A DNA stretch of 64,000 nucleotides from an uncultured bacterium (GTDB taxonomy: Bacteria > Patescibacteriota > Minisyncoccia > Phycocordibacterales > UBA9973). The translations under genes were made by a program, and so were the position numbers. Location of the stretch: positions 3,769 to 67,768 of the forward strand of contig CAITSA010000001.1 in the NCBI GenBank assembly GCA_903894955.1, read 5' to 3'. How positions within the stretch are numbered: the first letter of the stretch is position 1; every line of letters starts with the position of its first letter. Shown in pieces: positions 16,211 to 25,743 of the stretch. The notes under the pieces were generated by a model. It saw only the letters and a program-made list of their open reading frames with translations, searched no databases and was not told the origin of the DNA.

Positions 16211-16242
16211 ATAATACCATATTTTATGATATAATTCGACTA

Positions 16243-18792
16243 ATGAAAGGGGTATTTAAAAAAATAAAAAATTTATACAAAAACAAAAGAGCATTTAGAA
16301 ATTTATTGCTGTTGTTAACGGGTATTTTTATTTTATTAATGGGAATAATTATTATTTTATTGTCTTCTTTGGAGATTCCTGATTTTCATTCTTTTGAAAA
16401 TAGAAAGGTAGTAAATTCTACTCAGATTTATGACCGAACGGGAAAAATTTTACTTTATGACATACATCAAGATGTCAAAAGAACAGATATCCCTTTTGAA
16501 CAAATGAGTTTGAATATAAAAAATGCCACCGTCGCTATTGAAGATTCTGAATTTTACAATCATGGTGGAATACGAATAACTTCTATCATTCGCGCCATTC
16601 TTTCTAATCTATTTCATGTTGGGATAGGAGGAGGAGGTTCAACCATCACTCAGCAATTAGTGAAAAATACTCTCCTCACTAACAGTAGTGGTTTTGCTAA
16701 ATATATTAGAAAAGTAAAAGAATGGGTCTTGGCTATAAAAATAGACAACTCTATGCCCAAAGATAAAATCTTAGAGGCTTATTTGAATGAAATTCCCTAC
16801 GGTGGAAATGTTTATGGGATAGAAGCAGCTAGTAAAACTTATTTCAATAAAGATGCACAAGATTTGACCTTAGCCGAAGCGGCCTATTTGGCTTCAATCC
16901 CACAGTCTCCTAGTACCCTCTCTCCTTATGGAAAGAATAGAAGCAAATTAGACGCTAGAAAAAATCTAGTGCTTTCTAGAATGTTAGATTTGAAGTTCAT
17001 TACTCAAGAAGATTACGATAAAGCAAAAAATGAAGAGGTAGTTTTTAACCCCCCAGCAACCCAAGGCATCAGAGCTCCACATTTTGTTTTTTTTATTAAA
17101 GATTATCTTGAACAAAAGTATGGCAGTGATGTAGTAGACGGAAGTGGGTTGAAAGTTACCACCACGATTGATGCCGACCTTCAAGCTAAAGCGGAACAAA
17201 TTGTCAAAGATGGCGCCCTGCAAAACGAAAAAGATTGGAACGGAAAGAATGCTGGGTTAGTGGCCATAAATCCGAAAACGGGACAAATTTTAACCATGGT
17301 CGGCTCAAGAGATTATTTTGATAAAACAATCGATGGTAATTTCAACATAACTACAGCCAATCGACAGCCAGGATCCTCTTTTAAGCCCTTTATTTACGCT
17401 ACGGCCTTCAATAAGGGCCTTACTCCTGATACAGTACTCTTCGACCTACCTACAGAATTTCAAACAACCTGTAATGCTTATGGAAAGGCTCTAGTAGGGC
17501 ACAGCCAAAAAGATTGCTATATGCCGGATGATTATGATGGAAAATTTCGGGGACCAATGTCGTTACGAGATGCTCTAGCGCAATCAATAAACATTGTAGC
17601 CGTAAAACTTTTCTATTTAGCAGGACTTCCTGATTCATTAAAGACAGCGCAAGATATGGGAATCAGTACTTTGGGAAATAGTGGTCAGTATGGACTTACT
17701 TTAGTTATCGGAGGTGGTGAAGTTTCACTTTTGGACATGACGTCAGCTTATGGAGTTTTTGCTAATGATGGCACAAAAAATCCATATACTGGAATTTTGG
17801 AAGTGCAAGATTTAACTGGAAAAATCTTAGAACAATATCAACCTAATCCACAATATGTTCTACCAAAAAATACTACTCTAACTATTTCCGATATTTTATC
17901 AGACAACCAAGCTCGAATTCCAACCTTTGGAGCAAATTCAGCTCTACAAATACCCAACGAAGAAGTGGCAGTAAAAACCGGAACAACAAATGATAACAAG
18001 GACGCTTGGACTATTGGATATACGCCATCTATTGTGGTAGGTGTATGGGCTGGTAATAACGATAACATTCCAATGAAAAAAGGTGGAGCAGCCGTAGCCG
18101 GACCTATTTGGAATAAATTTATAACCGAAGCCTTAAAAACTTTACCAAATGAAAGCTTTGAAAAACCAGACCTAACAACCGACCCAACTAAAATAAAACC
18201 AGTGCTCCGTGGATTTTGGCAAGGAAATGAAAACTTCTTTATAGATAAAATTTCTGGAAAGTTATCCACGGCCGACACTCCGCCAGAAACCTTACAAGAA
18301 AAAGTAATAACAAACGTACATTCAATTTTATATTGGGTAGATCGAAGTAATATTTTGGGTCCGGCACCACTAGGAGGAGGAGATAATAGTGCTCAGTTTA
18401 ATCACTGGGAGATACCGGTCCAAAACTGGTGGGCAAAAAATAAAGATAAATATCCAACGACAACCTGGAGTGAAAAACCAACCACCCTGGATAATGTACA
18501 TACTAGCGCAAATCAGCCAAAGGTTTCAATTATTGAGCCAAATAATGAAACGATTTATTCACCAGATCAAAAAATAAACTTGAAAATTTCAAATTCCAGT
18601 GTTTTCCCTTTGCAGAAAATAGATATTTTTATAAATAATACTTATTTAGAAACACTGAAACCGCCTTTTAATTTTTCTTTCACCCCATCCGATTTAGAAA
18701 ATATACAAAGTGAAAATGAATTAAAATTAATTTCTTATGATACAGTTTATAACCGCAGTGAGACTAATTTAATCTTTAAAATAACGCAGTAG
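16243..18792 (+). CDS. class A penicillin-binding protein (glycosyltransferase + transpeptidase)
   Basis: EDSEFYNHGG and GGSTITQQL (GT51). SSFKP, SIN and KTGTT (transpeptidase). N-terminal TM helix. Confidence 0.85.
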   Translation: MKGVFKKIKNLYKNKRAFRNLLLLLTGIFILLMGIIIILLSSLEIPDFHSFENRKVVNSTQIYDRTGKILLYDIHQDVKRTDIPFEQMSLNIKNATVAIEDSEFYNHGGIRITSIIRAILSNLFHVGIGGGGSTITQQLVKNTLLTNSSGFAKYIRKVKEWVLAIKIDNSMPKDKILEAYLNEIPYGGNVYGIEAASKTYFNKDAQDLTLAEAAYLASIPQSPSTLSPYGKNRSKLDARKNLVLSRMLDLKFITQEDYDKAKNEEVVFNPPATQGIRAPHFVFFIKDYLEQKYGSDVVDGSGLKVTTTIDADLQAKAEQIVKDGALQNEKDWNGKNAGLVAINPKTGQILTMVGSRDYFDKTIDGNFNITTANRQPGSSFKPFIYATAFNKGLTPDTVLFDLPTEFQTTCNAYGKALVGHSQKDCYMPDDYDGKFRGPMSLRDALAQSINIVAVKLFYLAGLPDSLKTAQDMGISTLGNSGQYGLTLVIGGGEVSLLDMTSAYGVFANDGTKNPYTGILEVQDLTGKILEQYQPNPQYVLPKNTTLTISDILSDNQARIPTFGANSALQIPNEEVAVKTGTTNDNKDAWTIGYTPSIVVGVWAGNNDNIPMKKGGAAVAGPIWNKFITEALKTLPNESFEKPDLTTDPTKIKPVLRGFWQGNENFFIDKISGKLSTADTPPETLQEKVITNVHSILYWVDRSNILGPAPLGGGDNSAQFNHWEIPVQNWWAKNKDKYPTTTWSEKPTTLDNVHTSANQPKVSIIEPNNETIYSPDQKINLKISNSSVFPLQKIDIFINNTYLETLKPPFNFSFTPSDLENIQSENELKLISYDTVYNRSETNLIFKITQ

Positions 18793-19075
18793 GAGTTTTT
18801 TTACCAAAAGATTCTTCAAGTTTGGAAAATATTTGATTTTGTTTTAGTAAAATTTCGTTTTTATAAATAGGTTTAATATTTAAATAAATTATATTATTTT
18901 TTATTTCTATTTCTTGAGATTTTATCTCTATATTAATAACCTCAGAAATAGTTTTCCGGATAATTTCTTTTTTCCCTTCTTCCCCTAGAAGGAGATTATT
19001 AAATCTGCTTAATAAATCTTTTATCTCTATCATGAATTCCTTTATAACCTTATGAACTTTATAACTTTTTACCAA
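18776..19075 (-). CDS. small DUF721-like protein downstream of dnaN (start uncertain: TTG 19075 or ATG 19033)
   Basis: Position after dnaN; C-terminal ...NNIIYLNIKPIYKNEILLKQNQIFSKLEE pattern. Weak, by eye. Confidence 0.3.
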   Translation of the reverse strand: MVKSYKVHKVIKEFMIEIKDLLSRFNNLLLGEEGKKEIIRKTISEVINIEIKSQEIEIKNNIIYLNIKPIYKNEILLKQNQIFSKLEESFGKKTPTALF

Positions 19076-19076
19076 T

Positions 19077-20174
19077 CTATCTATTCATTGGCATTATGAG
19101 ATAAGTAAAAGATGAATCAGAAACTGCAGATATAACTATCGGGCGAGAAGCTCCGGATAATTTTATAGAAACACTATCTGTCCCAATTGACTGAAAACAG
19201 TCTAAAAAATATTTATAATTGAAACCAAGTTCAATAATCTCTCCTTTAATGACTGCGTCTAAATATGTTTTATTTTCTCCAATGTCATTATTAGCAGAAG
19301 AAAGTTCAAAGATTTTTTCCTTGGGTGAAATTTTCAAATTAACTTGATTAAATTTATCTGAAAAAATATTAGAAAGTTTTAAAGCATTTAATAGATCTTG
19401 TTTTAAGACAACCACTTCAGTGGAAGAATCTTTTGGAATAATTTGCCTATAATCTGGGAAAACACCATCAATGATTCGTGAAGTTAAATATATATTATTA
19501 GAAGAAAAAGAAATTTGGTTCTTATTAAAACACACTTTTACCACACTCTTTAATTCTCCAAATATTTTTATTATTTCTCCTATATTTTTATAAGGGATAA
19601 GAATTCCTAAAATTTCATCGAGTCCTTTTATTTTAACCTTTTTCTCAGCTAGTCTAAAAGAATCCGTCGAGACAAAAACTAAATTATCATCATGGGTATA
19701 TATAAAAACACTGGAAATTTCAGATTTTATATCAGAAACAGAAGAACTATAGTAAACTGATTTTATACCATCAACTAATTTATTTGATTCTATTTCAAAA
19801 CTATTTCCATCAACTATTGGTATAGTTGGAAAATCTTCATAAGGTTGACTTTTAAATTTTATTTGACTTTTTTTTGTTTTAATTAATAAATTCCCATTTT
19901 GTTCTTCAAGTTGTATGTTTTCGTTTTGAGAAACATTAGAAAAAACAGCGTTTAGTATTGAACCAGAAATAGCCACAGTGCCTTCTTTTTCTATTTTGGC
20001 TGGAATTTCAATTTCAATACCAAGACTTAAATTAGTGGCTCTAAGTTTTAACAACCCATCAGAGGCAATAAGTAAAACAGAACTTAAAATAGGTAATGTT
20101 AGATTTTTACCAGTAATTCTCTCTACTTGAGAAACTGCACTTTTTATTTTTTCAATTGAACATTCTATCTTCAT
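19077..20174 (-). CDS. dnaN: DNA polymerase III beta sliding clamp
   Basis: 365 aa, three-domain length; ends ...FTYLIMPMNR; adjacent to dnaA. Confidence 0.9.
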   Translation of the reverse strand: MKIECSIEKIKSAVSQVERITGKNLTLPILSSVLLIASDGLLKLRATNLSLGIEIEIPAKIEKEGTVAISGSILNAVFSNVSQNENIQLEEQNGNLLIKTKKSQIKFKSQPYEDFPTIPIVDGNSFEIESNKLVDGIKSVYYSSSVSDIKSEISSVFIYTHDDNLVFVSTDSFRLAEKKVKIKGLDEILGILIPYKNIGEIIKIFGELKSVVKVCFNKNQISFSSNNIYLTSRIIDGVFPDYRQIIPKDSSTEVVVLKQDLLNALKLSNIFSDKFNQVNLKISPKEKIFELSSANNDIGENKTYLDAVIKGEIIELGFNYKYFLDCFQSIGTDSVSIKLSGASRPIVISAVSDSSFTYLIMPMNR

Positions 20175-20423
20175 ATATTTGTTTATATTTTATATATTTA
20201 ATTTATTAATAATACTAATGGTGTTAATAAGTGGATAAGTATTCTTATTGTTATTTTATATGGTTTTATTTTATATTCTATGTTTTTTATAAATCTAACA
20301 ACTTTTTCTATTTTTTATAAATTAATTTTTAAAACTTAAAACACTTTTCTTATTATTTTTTATGCACTATTTTTTATATTTTTTATTCTACTTTTCATTG
20401 TCTTATAAGTCACTTCTTAACAG
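20175..20423. other. candidate oriC part (very AT-rich dnaA-dnaN spacer, likely DNA-unwinding region)
   Basis: 249 nt almost devoid of G/C. One near-consensus DnaA box AGTGGATAA (20230-20238, complement TTATCCACT). Confidence 0.5.
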
Positions 20424-21764
20424 TTATTTAAACATAATTCTTATCTGCTCTAACTCTTGCATTAATTGTGAATCATTTTTTAAATCTGCTTTAATTTTCA
20501 CACACGAATGCATAACAGTGGTGTGATCTTTCCCACCTAATTTTTGGCCTATTAAAGGATAAGAAACACTAAAATCTTCTCGAAGTAGATACATTATAAT
20601 TTGTCTCGTTCTTACTATCTCTTTTTTTCTAGTCTTTTCATAAACAGAGGCTTCTTCTAATTTATAATATTCAGCTACAATTTTGACCACATCTTTGATG
20701 GCTATATTTTTCTTTGGTTTCATGTTGTTTTTTAGTAAGTTTTTAACTTCTAAAAGCGTCGGAGCCTTATTTTTCAAGCGATATTGGCAAACAATAAGAT
20801 TAAGACTTCCCTCAAGTTCACGTATATTCCCCTGCATTGAAGCTGCCACATATTCGATTAAATCTTCTTCTAAAACAACATTAAATTCACGAAGCCTTAC
20901 TTTTATAATTGCGAGACGAGACTCATATTCTGGTTCAGAAACATCCACAATCATTCCCGCAGCAAAACGAGACTTTAAACGATCTGCTAATTCTGGAATG
21001 TAATTAGGGTGTTTATCAGAAGAAAAAATAATTTGTTTATTATTTTCATAAAAAGTATTAAAGGTGTGAAAAAGTTCTTCTTGAATTTTTTCCATTTTAC
21101 CAATGAATTGGATGTCGTCTATAATTAAAAGATCGTATTTACGATATTTTTCTTTAAAAGAATTTGCTTTATTGCTCTGGAGGGAGTTTATAAAATCTGT
21201 TGCAAACTTCTCTAAAGTCATATAATGGACTTTTTTATTAGGATATTTATCTTTTATTGAATTTCCTATAGCTTGAATTAAGTGAGTTTTCCCGAGACCA
21301 GTTCCTCCATAAACAAAAAATGGATTATATTTAGTTCCTGGTGATTCTATGATGGCTTGAGCGGCTGCATACGCGAGTTCATTAAATGTCCCAACAATAA
21401 AAGAGTTGAAATGGTAACGCGGATTTAGGTTGTTCTCTGGATTTATGTATAAATCCCTTAAGGGGAGCTCTTTGGCGATGGTTTCGCTTGTTATAATTGT
21501 TTCTTGTTTAGGGTTTTCTATTTTGGTAATTACATATTCTACGGCCCGCATGTTTTCATAAGCTTCTGTGATGGTTTTAGTTATTAGTTTATGGTATTTA
21601 TTGATGAGCCAGTCACGAACAAACTCGTTGGGTACTCCTATATAGATGATTCCGGCCTCTTCTTTTAAAATAGAGGTATTTTTAAACCAAGTACTAAAAT
21701 TTGCTTTTGACATTCCGGACTCAATTTTTAGTAGGCAGTTCCCCCATAACTGTTTTGTATTCAT
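20424..21764 (-). CDS. dnaA: chromosomal replication initiator DnaA
   Basis: GGTGLGKTHL Walker A, LLIIDDIQF, C-terminal KDHTTVMHS DNA-binding signature. Confidence 0.95.
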   Translation of the reverse strand: MNTKQLWGNCLLKIESGMSKANFSTWFKNTSILKEEAGIIYIGVPNEFVRDWLINKYHKLITKTITEAYENMRAVEYVITKIENPKQETIITSETIAKELPLRDLYINPENNLNPRYHFNSFIVGTFNELAYAAAQAIIESPGTKYNPFFVYGGTGLGKTHLIQAIGNSIKDKYPNKKVHYMTLEKFATDFINSLQSNKANSFKEKYRKYDLLIIDDIQFIGKMEKIQEELFHTFNTFYENNKQIIFSSDKHPNYIPELADRLKSRFAAGMIVDVSEPEYESRLAIIKVRLREFNVVLEEDLIEYVAASMQGNIRELEGSLNLIVCQYRLKNKAPTLLEVKNLLKNNMKPKKNIAIKDVVKIVAEYYKLEEASVYEKTRKKEIVRTRQIIMYLLREDFSVSYPLIGQKLGGKDHTTVMHSCVKIKADLKNDSQLMQELEQIRIMFK

Positions 21765-21820
21765 AGTTTCATATTATACTATTTATAAGATAGAAGACAT
21801 CTTTGAAAGCTTATTAACTC

Positions 21821-21840
21821 TGTTGATAAGCTGTGGATAA
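21821..21840 (-). promoter_or_regulatory. two adjacent DnaA boxes upstream of dnaA
   Basis: TGTTGATAA (21821-29) and TGTGGATAA (21832-40, perfect complement of TTATCCACA). Confidence 0.6.
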
Positions 21841-21920
21841 TTTTAATTGATTTTTGGGGTTTAGTATTAGAACTTAGCGCCTAACTTGCTAGAAGCTAAT
21901 TTTTATTATAGACTAGTCTT

Positions 21921-22055
21921 ATGTCAGTTACATATCAACCTAAAAAAAGAAAAAGAGCTAGAGCTCACGGGTTTTTAGTTCGATCCAGAATAAAAACTGG
22001 GAAGAAAGTCTTAAAAAGAAGGCGCCAAAAGGGTAGAAAAAAATTGTCTGTTTAA
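21921..22055 (+). CDS. rpmH: 50S ribosomal protein L34
   Basis: My translation: [44 protein letters not shown]. Below the ORF-track cut-off. Confidence 0.9.
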   Translation: MSVTYQPKKRKRARAHGFLVRSRIKTGKKVLKRRRQKGRKKLSV

Positions 22056-22061
22056 ATAAAC

Positions 22062-22388
22062 ATGCTTCCTAAAAAAAATAGAGTAGGCAAAAAAGAAGTA
22101 GATTTAATTTTTAAACAAAGTAAATTTATAACTTCTCCTACCTTAACTTTTAAGTTTATTGTAAATAACAATACCAATTCTCCTCGTGTTTCTTTCATTA
22201 CACCAAAAAGTGTTGCTAAGTTGGCTGTTACTAGAAATTTATTACGACGTCGAGGCTATGCCGTTTTATCTAAATATATAAATCAATTCCCTCTTGGGAT
22301 GATGGGCGTTTGTGTTTTTAAAAAATATCAAGACGACGTTTTTGTTATAGAAAATGAAATTAAAACAATTCTCTCAAAACTTAATTAA
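22062..22388 (+). CDS. rnpA: RNase P protein component
   Basis: 108 aa, basic, directly after rpmH; RNRLLRRRGY-type motif ([12 protein letters not shown]). Confidence 0.8.
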   Translation: MLPKKNRVGKKEVDLIFKQSKFITSPTLTFKFIVNNNTNSPRVSFITPKSVAKLAVTRNLLRRRGYAVLSKYINQFPLGMMGVCVFKKYQDDVFVIENEIKTILSKLN

Positions 22389-22572
22389 TTTTTATCAAAA
22401 AAATATTTCAATTTTTTTAAAAGCAAATACCTGTGTTTTTTATCCATCTTGTTCTGAATATACTAAACAAGCTATAGAAAAATATGGAATTCTGAAAGGG
22501 GTTTATTTAGGATTTAAACGTATTTTACGTTGCCATCCGTGGCAGAAAAATCATATTGACCCAGTAAAATAA
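22354..22572 (+). CDS. yidD: membrane protein insertion efficiency factor YidD
   Basis: [17 protein letters not shown]...RILRCHPW...DPV. Confidence 0.85.
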   Translation: MKLKQFSQNLINFYQKNISIFLKANTCVFYPSCSEYTKQAIEKYGILKGVYLGFKRILRCHPWQKNHIDPVK

Positions 22573-22578
22573 AAATAC

Positions 22579-24303
22579 CTAATACACCTCCCCCTGATAA
22601 CATTTCTCACAATACACAATCTCTGGTCTGTCAGGGGAATAAGAAGTTTCAAATTCATTAGAACAGCCTGCTTTCATACACTTTCTATGCCAGAGGTTTA
22701 AAGGATTTCTTTGTTTTAATCTCTGGTAATGTCTACAATTAGGACATAATCTAGGTAAAGGTAGATTCATCCTTTGGTAGAATTGGAGCTCAGCTCCTAT
22801 GATTTTGAAGGCTTCAGTGCATTGTTCATTGCAAGTACCTTGATGCTCACATTCTATGATTTTCCCTACAATATCTTCTTTAACCTCTTTAATATCATCT
22901 GGAATATCATTAGTTTTAATGTCTATATTATAGTTTCTTTCTTCTCTGTCTTTCCACTTATACCCTTGTTTTAAAGCTTCTTCTTTGGTTAAAGGAAAGT
23001 ATTCTTGAGCAATGGTTTCATTGTAACAAAAAGGTGACAATTCACTTGGGAAGAACTCTCCATATTTATATACCCTACCCTCTCTATCTATATAGGGCAT
23101 AGTATTCATATGTTCGATGATTTTTGGGACTAATGCTTCGTATTGTTCCTTAGTGTATTGTTTGTTTAGGATGCAGTATTGTTTGTCTCGGAGGGCGACG
23201 GAGGCAAAGAGGTGATGGGAATCATGACAATCAATAGAATAGTATATATCTTGAGACCCTCTGATCTGAATTGAGAAATATGTTTTAGCCACAGAATGAG
23301 CGGCAGACACATTTTCATAAAGAAGTTCACCTCTTACTCCACAAGCAACACCATCATACATATCACGCATTCCTGCCCCAACCCAAAAACCAAATTTACT
23401 ATCTTCATTCTTACCATCTGCGCAATCAAAAATATAATGACAATTTTTTGCATCAAGAATGTAGTCTCCTGTTGTATTTTGAACATTTATAATATTTGCA
23501 AATTTTCTTGGATATTTAAGCTTTAACTCTTCAAATTTCTTTTTGGATTGAATTAAATTTTGAAAATTACCTGGGTTAAGTTCCCCGAGTTTTTTATCGT
23601 AATCTTCTTTAGAATACTGGACATTAAAAATACAATTAGACTTATTTCGAAGATCAACACAACCGAAACAATTTGAACAATTTTTGCAATCATACATTAA
23701 ACAAGACTCTACGCAATTATTACAATTTTCTACAAAAAATAATTTATATGAATTTTGGCAATTTACTCCCTCGTAACAAAATTCTATTTTACTACAAAAG
23801 TAAATATCTATAGAATCTTTACAGTTAAAAGGTCGATTTCCATAAAAAACATTTTCCGCAAAGCCGCCACCGAATGCCAAATAGCAATTTTTACTATCAT
23901 CTAACCAATTAACATACTCACAAGAGGTAATATTTTTATTTACTAAGTTACTTTTTGGTACTTTTTTAAATAAATCATCAAATTGCCTAAAAAAATTTGA
24001 AGCAAAATCATATGGAGCTCCATAGTTCATAGGGTCCCATTTGTCTCCCCACCAAGATTTTTGATCATAGACTATGCCATTATTAGGTGAATAAGCGGAA
24101 AAAATTTCCTCATTGTGATCTCTTGCATCACATTTTCTTTTATATAAAGTTCTTTCATTTCTAAAGTTCATCCGCCTAGCCATACGACAAGACCAACACC
24201 AAGTAGGAGCTGGAACTTTTATTTTTTCATAAAAGTTAAAATCTTCCAGCTCTATCGTGAAATCTTTTTTACAATTTTGACAAATTCTAGTTTCTTCCTT
24301 CAT
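22579..24303 (-). CDS. Cys-rich zinc-ribbon protein, paralogue 2 of 3
   Basis: 574 aa. The C-terminal ~200 aa are near-identical to paralogue 1; the middle is diverged. Confidence 0.8.
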   Translation of the reverse strand: MKEETRICQNCKKDFTIELEDFNFYEKIKVPAPTWCWSCRMARRMNFRNERTLYKRKCDARDHNEEIFSAYSPNNGIVYDQKSWWGDKWDPMNYGAPYDFASNFFRQFDDLFKKVPKSNLVNKNITSCEYVNWLDDSKNCYLAFGGGFAENVFYGNRPFNCKDSIDIYFCSKIEFCYEGVNCQNSYKLFFVENCNNCVESCLMYDCKNCSNCFGCVDLRNKSNCIFNVQYSKEDYDKKLGELNPGNFQNLIQSKKKFEELKLKYPRKFANIINVQNTTGDYILDAKNCHYIFDCADGKNEDSKFGFWVGAGMRDMYDGVACGVRGELLYENVSAAHSVAKTYFSIQIRGSQDIYYSIDCHDSHHLFASVALRDKQYCILNKQYTKEQYEALVPKIIEHMNTMPYIDREGRVYKYGEFFPSELSPFCYNETIAQEYFPLTKEEALKQGYKWKDREERNYNIDIKTNDIPDDIKEVKEDIVGKIIECEHQGTCNEQCTEAFKIIGAELQFYQRMNLPLPRLCPNCRHYQRLKQRNPLNLWHRKCMKAGCSNEFETSYSPDRPEIVYCEKCYQGEVY

Positions 24304-24357
24304 ATTTTGATTATAACAAAACTTTGATTTTTAATCATTTTCATATAGAATGGGTAA

Positions 24358-25086
24358 ATGCTCACAAGTATCTGGAATGCCATTTTATATCAACCACTTT
24401 TAAATGCCTTAGCGGCCTTAGTGTCCATTATTCCTGGAGGAGATGTAGGGGTAGCGGTTATAGTTTTAACCATCTTGGTGAAGGTTATTCTTTTTCCTTT
24501 ATCCCAAAAATCCATTGAAAGTCAGGCGGAGATGAACATTTTGACTCCCGAGATTAATAAAATAAAAGCGAGTGGTGCTTCTAAAGAAGAACAAGCAAAA
24601 CAAACATTTGATTTATATAAAAAACACAATACTAACCCTTTTTCAGGCTGTCTTTTGGTTTTGATCCAGATTCCAGTTATTTTTGCCTTATATTACGTCT
24701 TTTTAAAAGGAATAAATTTCCAAAGTGGTTTGCTTTATTCTTTTGTTAAAGTTCCAGTACATATCAATATGATTTTTCTTGGTTTCCTTGATATAACTAA
24801 AAAAAGCTTAGTTCTAGCAATTTTAGCTGGTATTTCTCAATATTTACAGGCGCAATTTATGCCCAAACCCGCTCTTTCCTTAGGGGCCGACAACGCTTCT
24901 TTTTCAGATAGTTTTGCTAAAAGTATGAACATGCAAATGAAATATATCTTCCCATTTATTATTGCTTTTATCGCTTATAACATTTCTGGGGCAGTGGCAC
25001 TTTATTGGATTACCAGTAATCTTTTCATGGTAGGACAGCAGATTTATGTTCAAAGAGAAAAGAATTTCAAAATTGTGATTAAGTAA
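24358..25086 (+). CDS. yidC: YidC/Oxa1-family membrane insertase (short form)
   Basis: LYKKHNTNPFSGCLLVLIQIPVIFALY; multi-TM; 242 aa. Confidence 0.85.
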   Translation: MLTSIWNAILYQPLLNALAALVSIIPGGDVGVAVIVLTILVKVILFPLSQKSIESQAEMNILTPEINKIKASGASKEEQAKQTFDLYKKHNTNPFSGCLLVLIQIPVIFALYYVFLKGINFQSGLLYSFVKVPVHINMIFLGFLDITKKSLVLAILAGISQYLQAQFMPKPALSLGADNASFSDSFAKSMNMQMKYIFPFIIAFIAYNISGAVALYWITSNLFMVGQQIYVQREKNFKIVIK

Positions 25087-25107
25087 AAGAATATTTTTTT
25101 AAAAATT

Positions 25108-25590
25108 ATGAAAAAAGAAGAGATTCAAAATTTAATAAAAGATTTAATTGAAAAAACTACAGTAAAATTAAATGGAATTTCGATGGTTGATGATGGACCT
25201 AAAAATGTATGGGTTTCAGTGGAAGTCAGTGAACCACATTTTTTTATTGGGCACGATGGTGATGGCTTGCACGCATTAAGTCACCTTGTTCATAGAATCA
25301 TAGAAGCTAAAACTCCTCGTGAAGAAAATTCTCTACCTCAACAAGGGTTAGGTATTATTATTGATATAAATGGTTTTCAGAAAAAACATATTGAGAATAT
25401 TCGTGCAGTAGCCCATATGATGTCAGAACGAGCAAGGTATTTCAAGTCTAATATAGAAGTTGACCCAATGTCCGCTTTTGAACGTAGAATCGTTCATGAA
25501 TTTTTAGCCGAATCAAGTGATCTAAAGACTGAATCTATGGGAATAGGGCGTGATCGCCGAGTGGTGATTAAATATATAGGAGCGATTTAA
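25108..25590 (+). CDS. jag: Jag/SpoIIIJ-associated KH + R3H RNA-binding protein
   Basis: C-terminal R3H context ERRIVHEFLAE...GRDRRVVI; follows yidC. Confidence 0.8.
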   Translation: MKKEEIQNLIKDLIEKTTVKLNGISMVDDGPKNVWVSVEVSEPHFFIGHDGDGLHALSHLVHRIIEAKTPREENSLPQQGLGIIIDINGFQKKHIENIRAVAHMMSERARYFKSNIEVDPMSAFERRIVHEFLAESSDLKTESMGIGRDRRVVIKYIGAI

Positions 25591-25731
25591 AAATATAAAT
25601 ATGACTTTTTCCGGTACGGATTTTTAGTCGCACCAAAAGGACTTGCGCGACATGATTCCGCAGAATCAAAAATCCTGAAGTTCTCGGCTCGTCAGCCTCG
25701 AAACCCCTTCAAAAGGCATATTTATATTTTT
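25589..25731 (+). repeat. arm-core-arm element, copy B (conserved hairpin CTCGGCTCGTCAGCCT at 25683-25698)
   Basis: 15-bp perfect inverted arms AAAAATATAAATATG / CATATTTATATTTTT. The core matches copy C except for an enlarged first hairpin. Confidence 0.7.
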
Positions 25732-25743
25732 TTGAGACCCCTT

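Noticed and set aside
16211-16242. A T-box leader upstream of tyrS.
   Set aside because: Only 32 nt separate tyrS from the divergent PBP gene, which is far too short for a T-box.
25683-25698. A hammerhead ribozyme in the conserved hairpin. The minus-strand reading gives CUGACGAG, and the plus strand has CUGAAG...CGAAAC around a three-way junction.
   Set aside because: Neither strand fits the core. On the plus strand, position A9 is U and TC/TC mismatches replace the tandem GA pairs. On the minus strand, stem II cannot be closed so that C11.1-G12-A13-A14 follows. The three-way topology is real, but the catalytic core is not.
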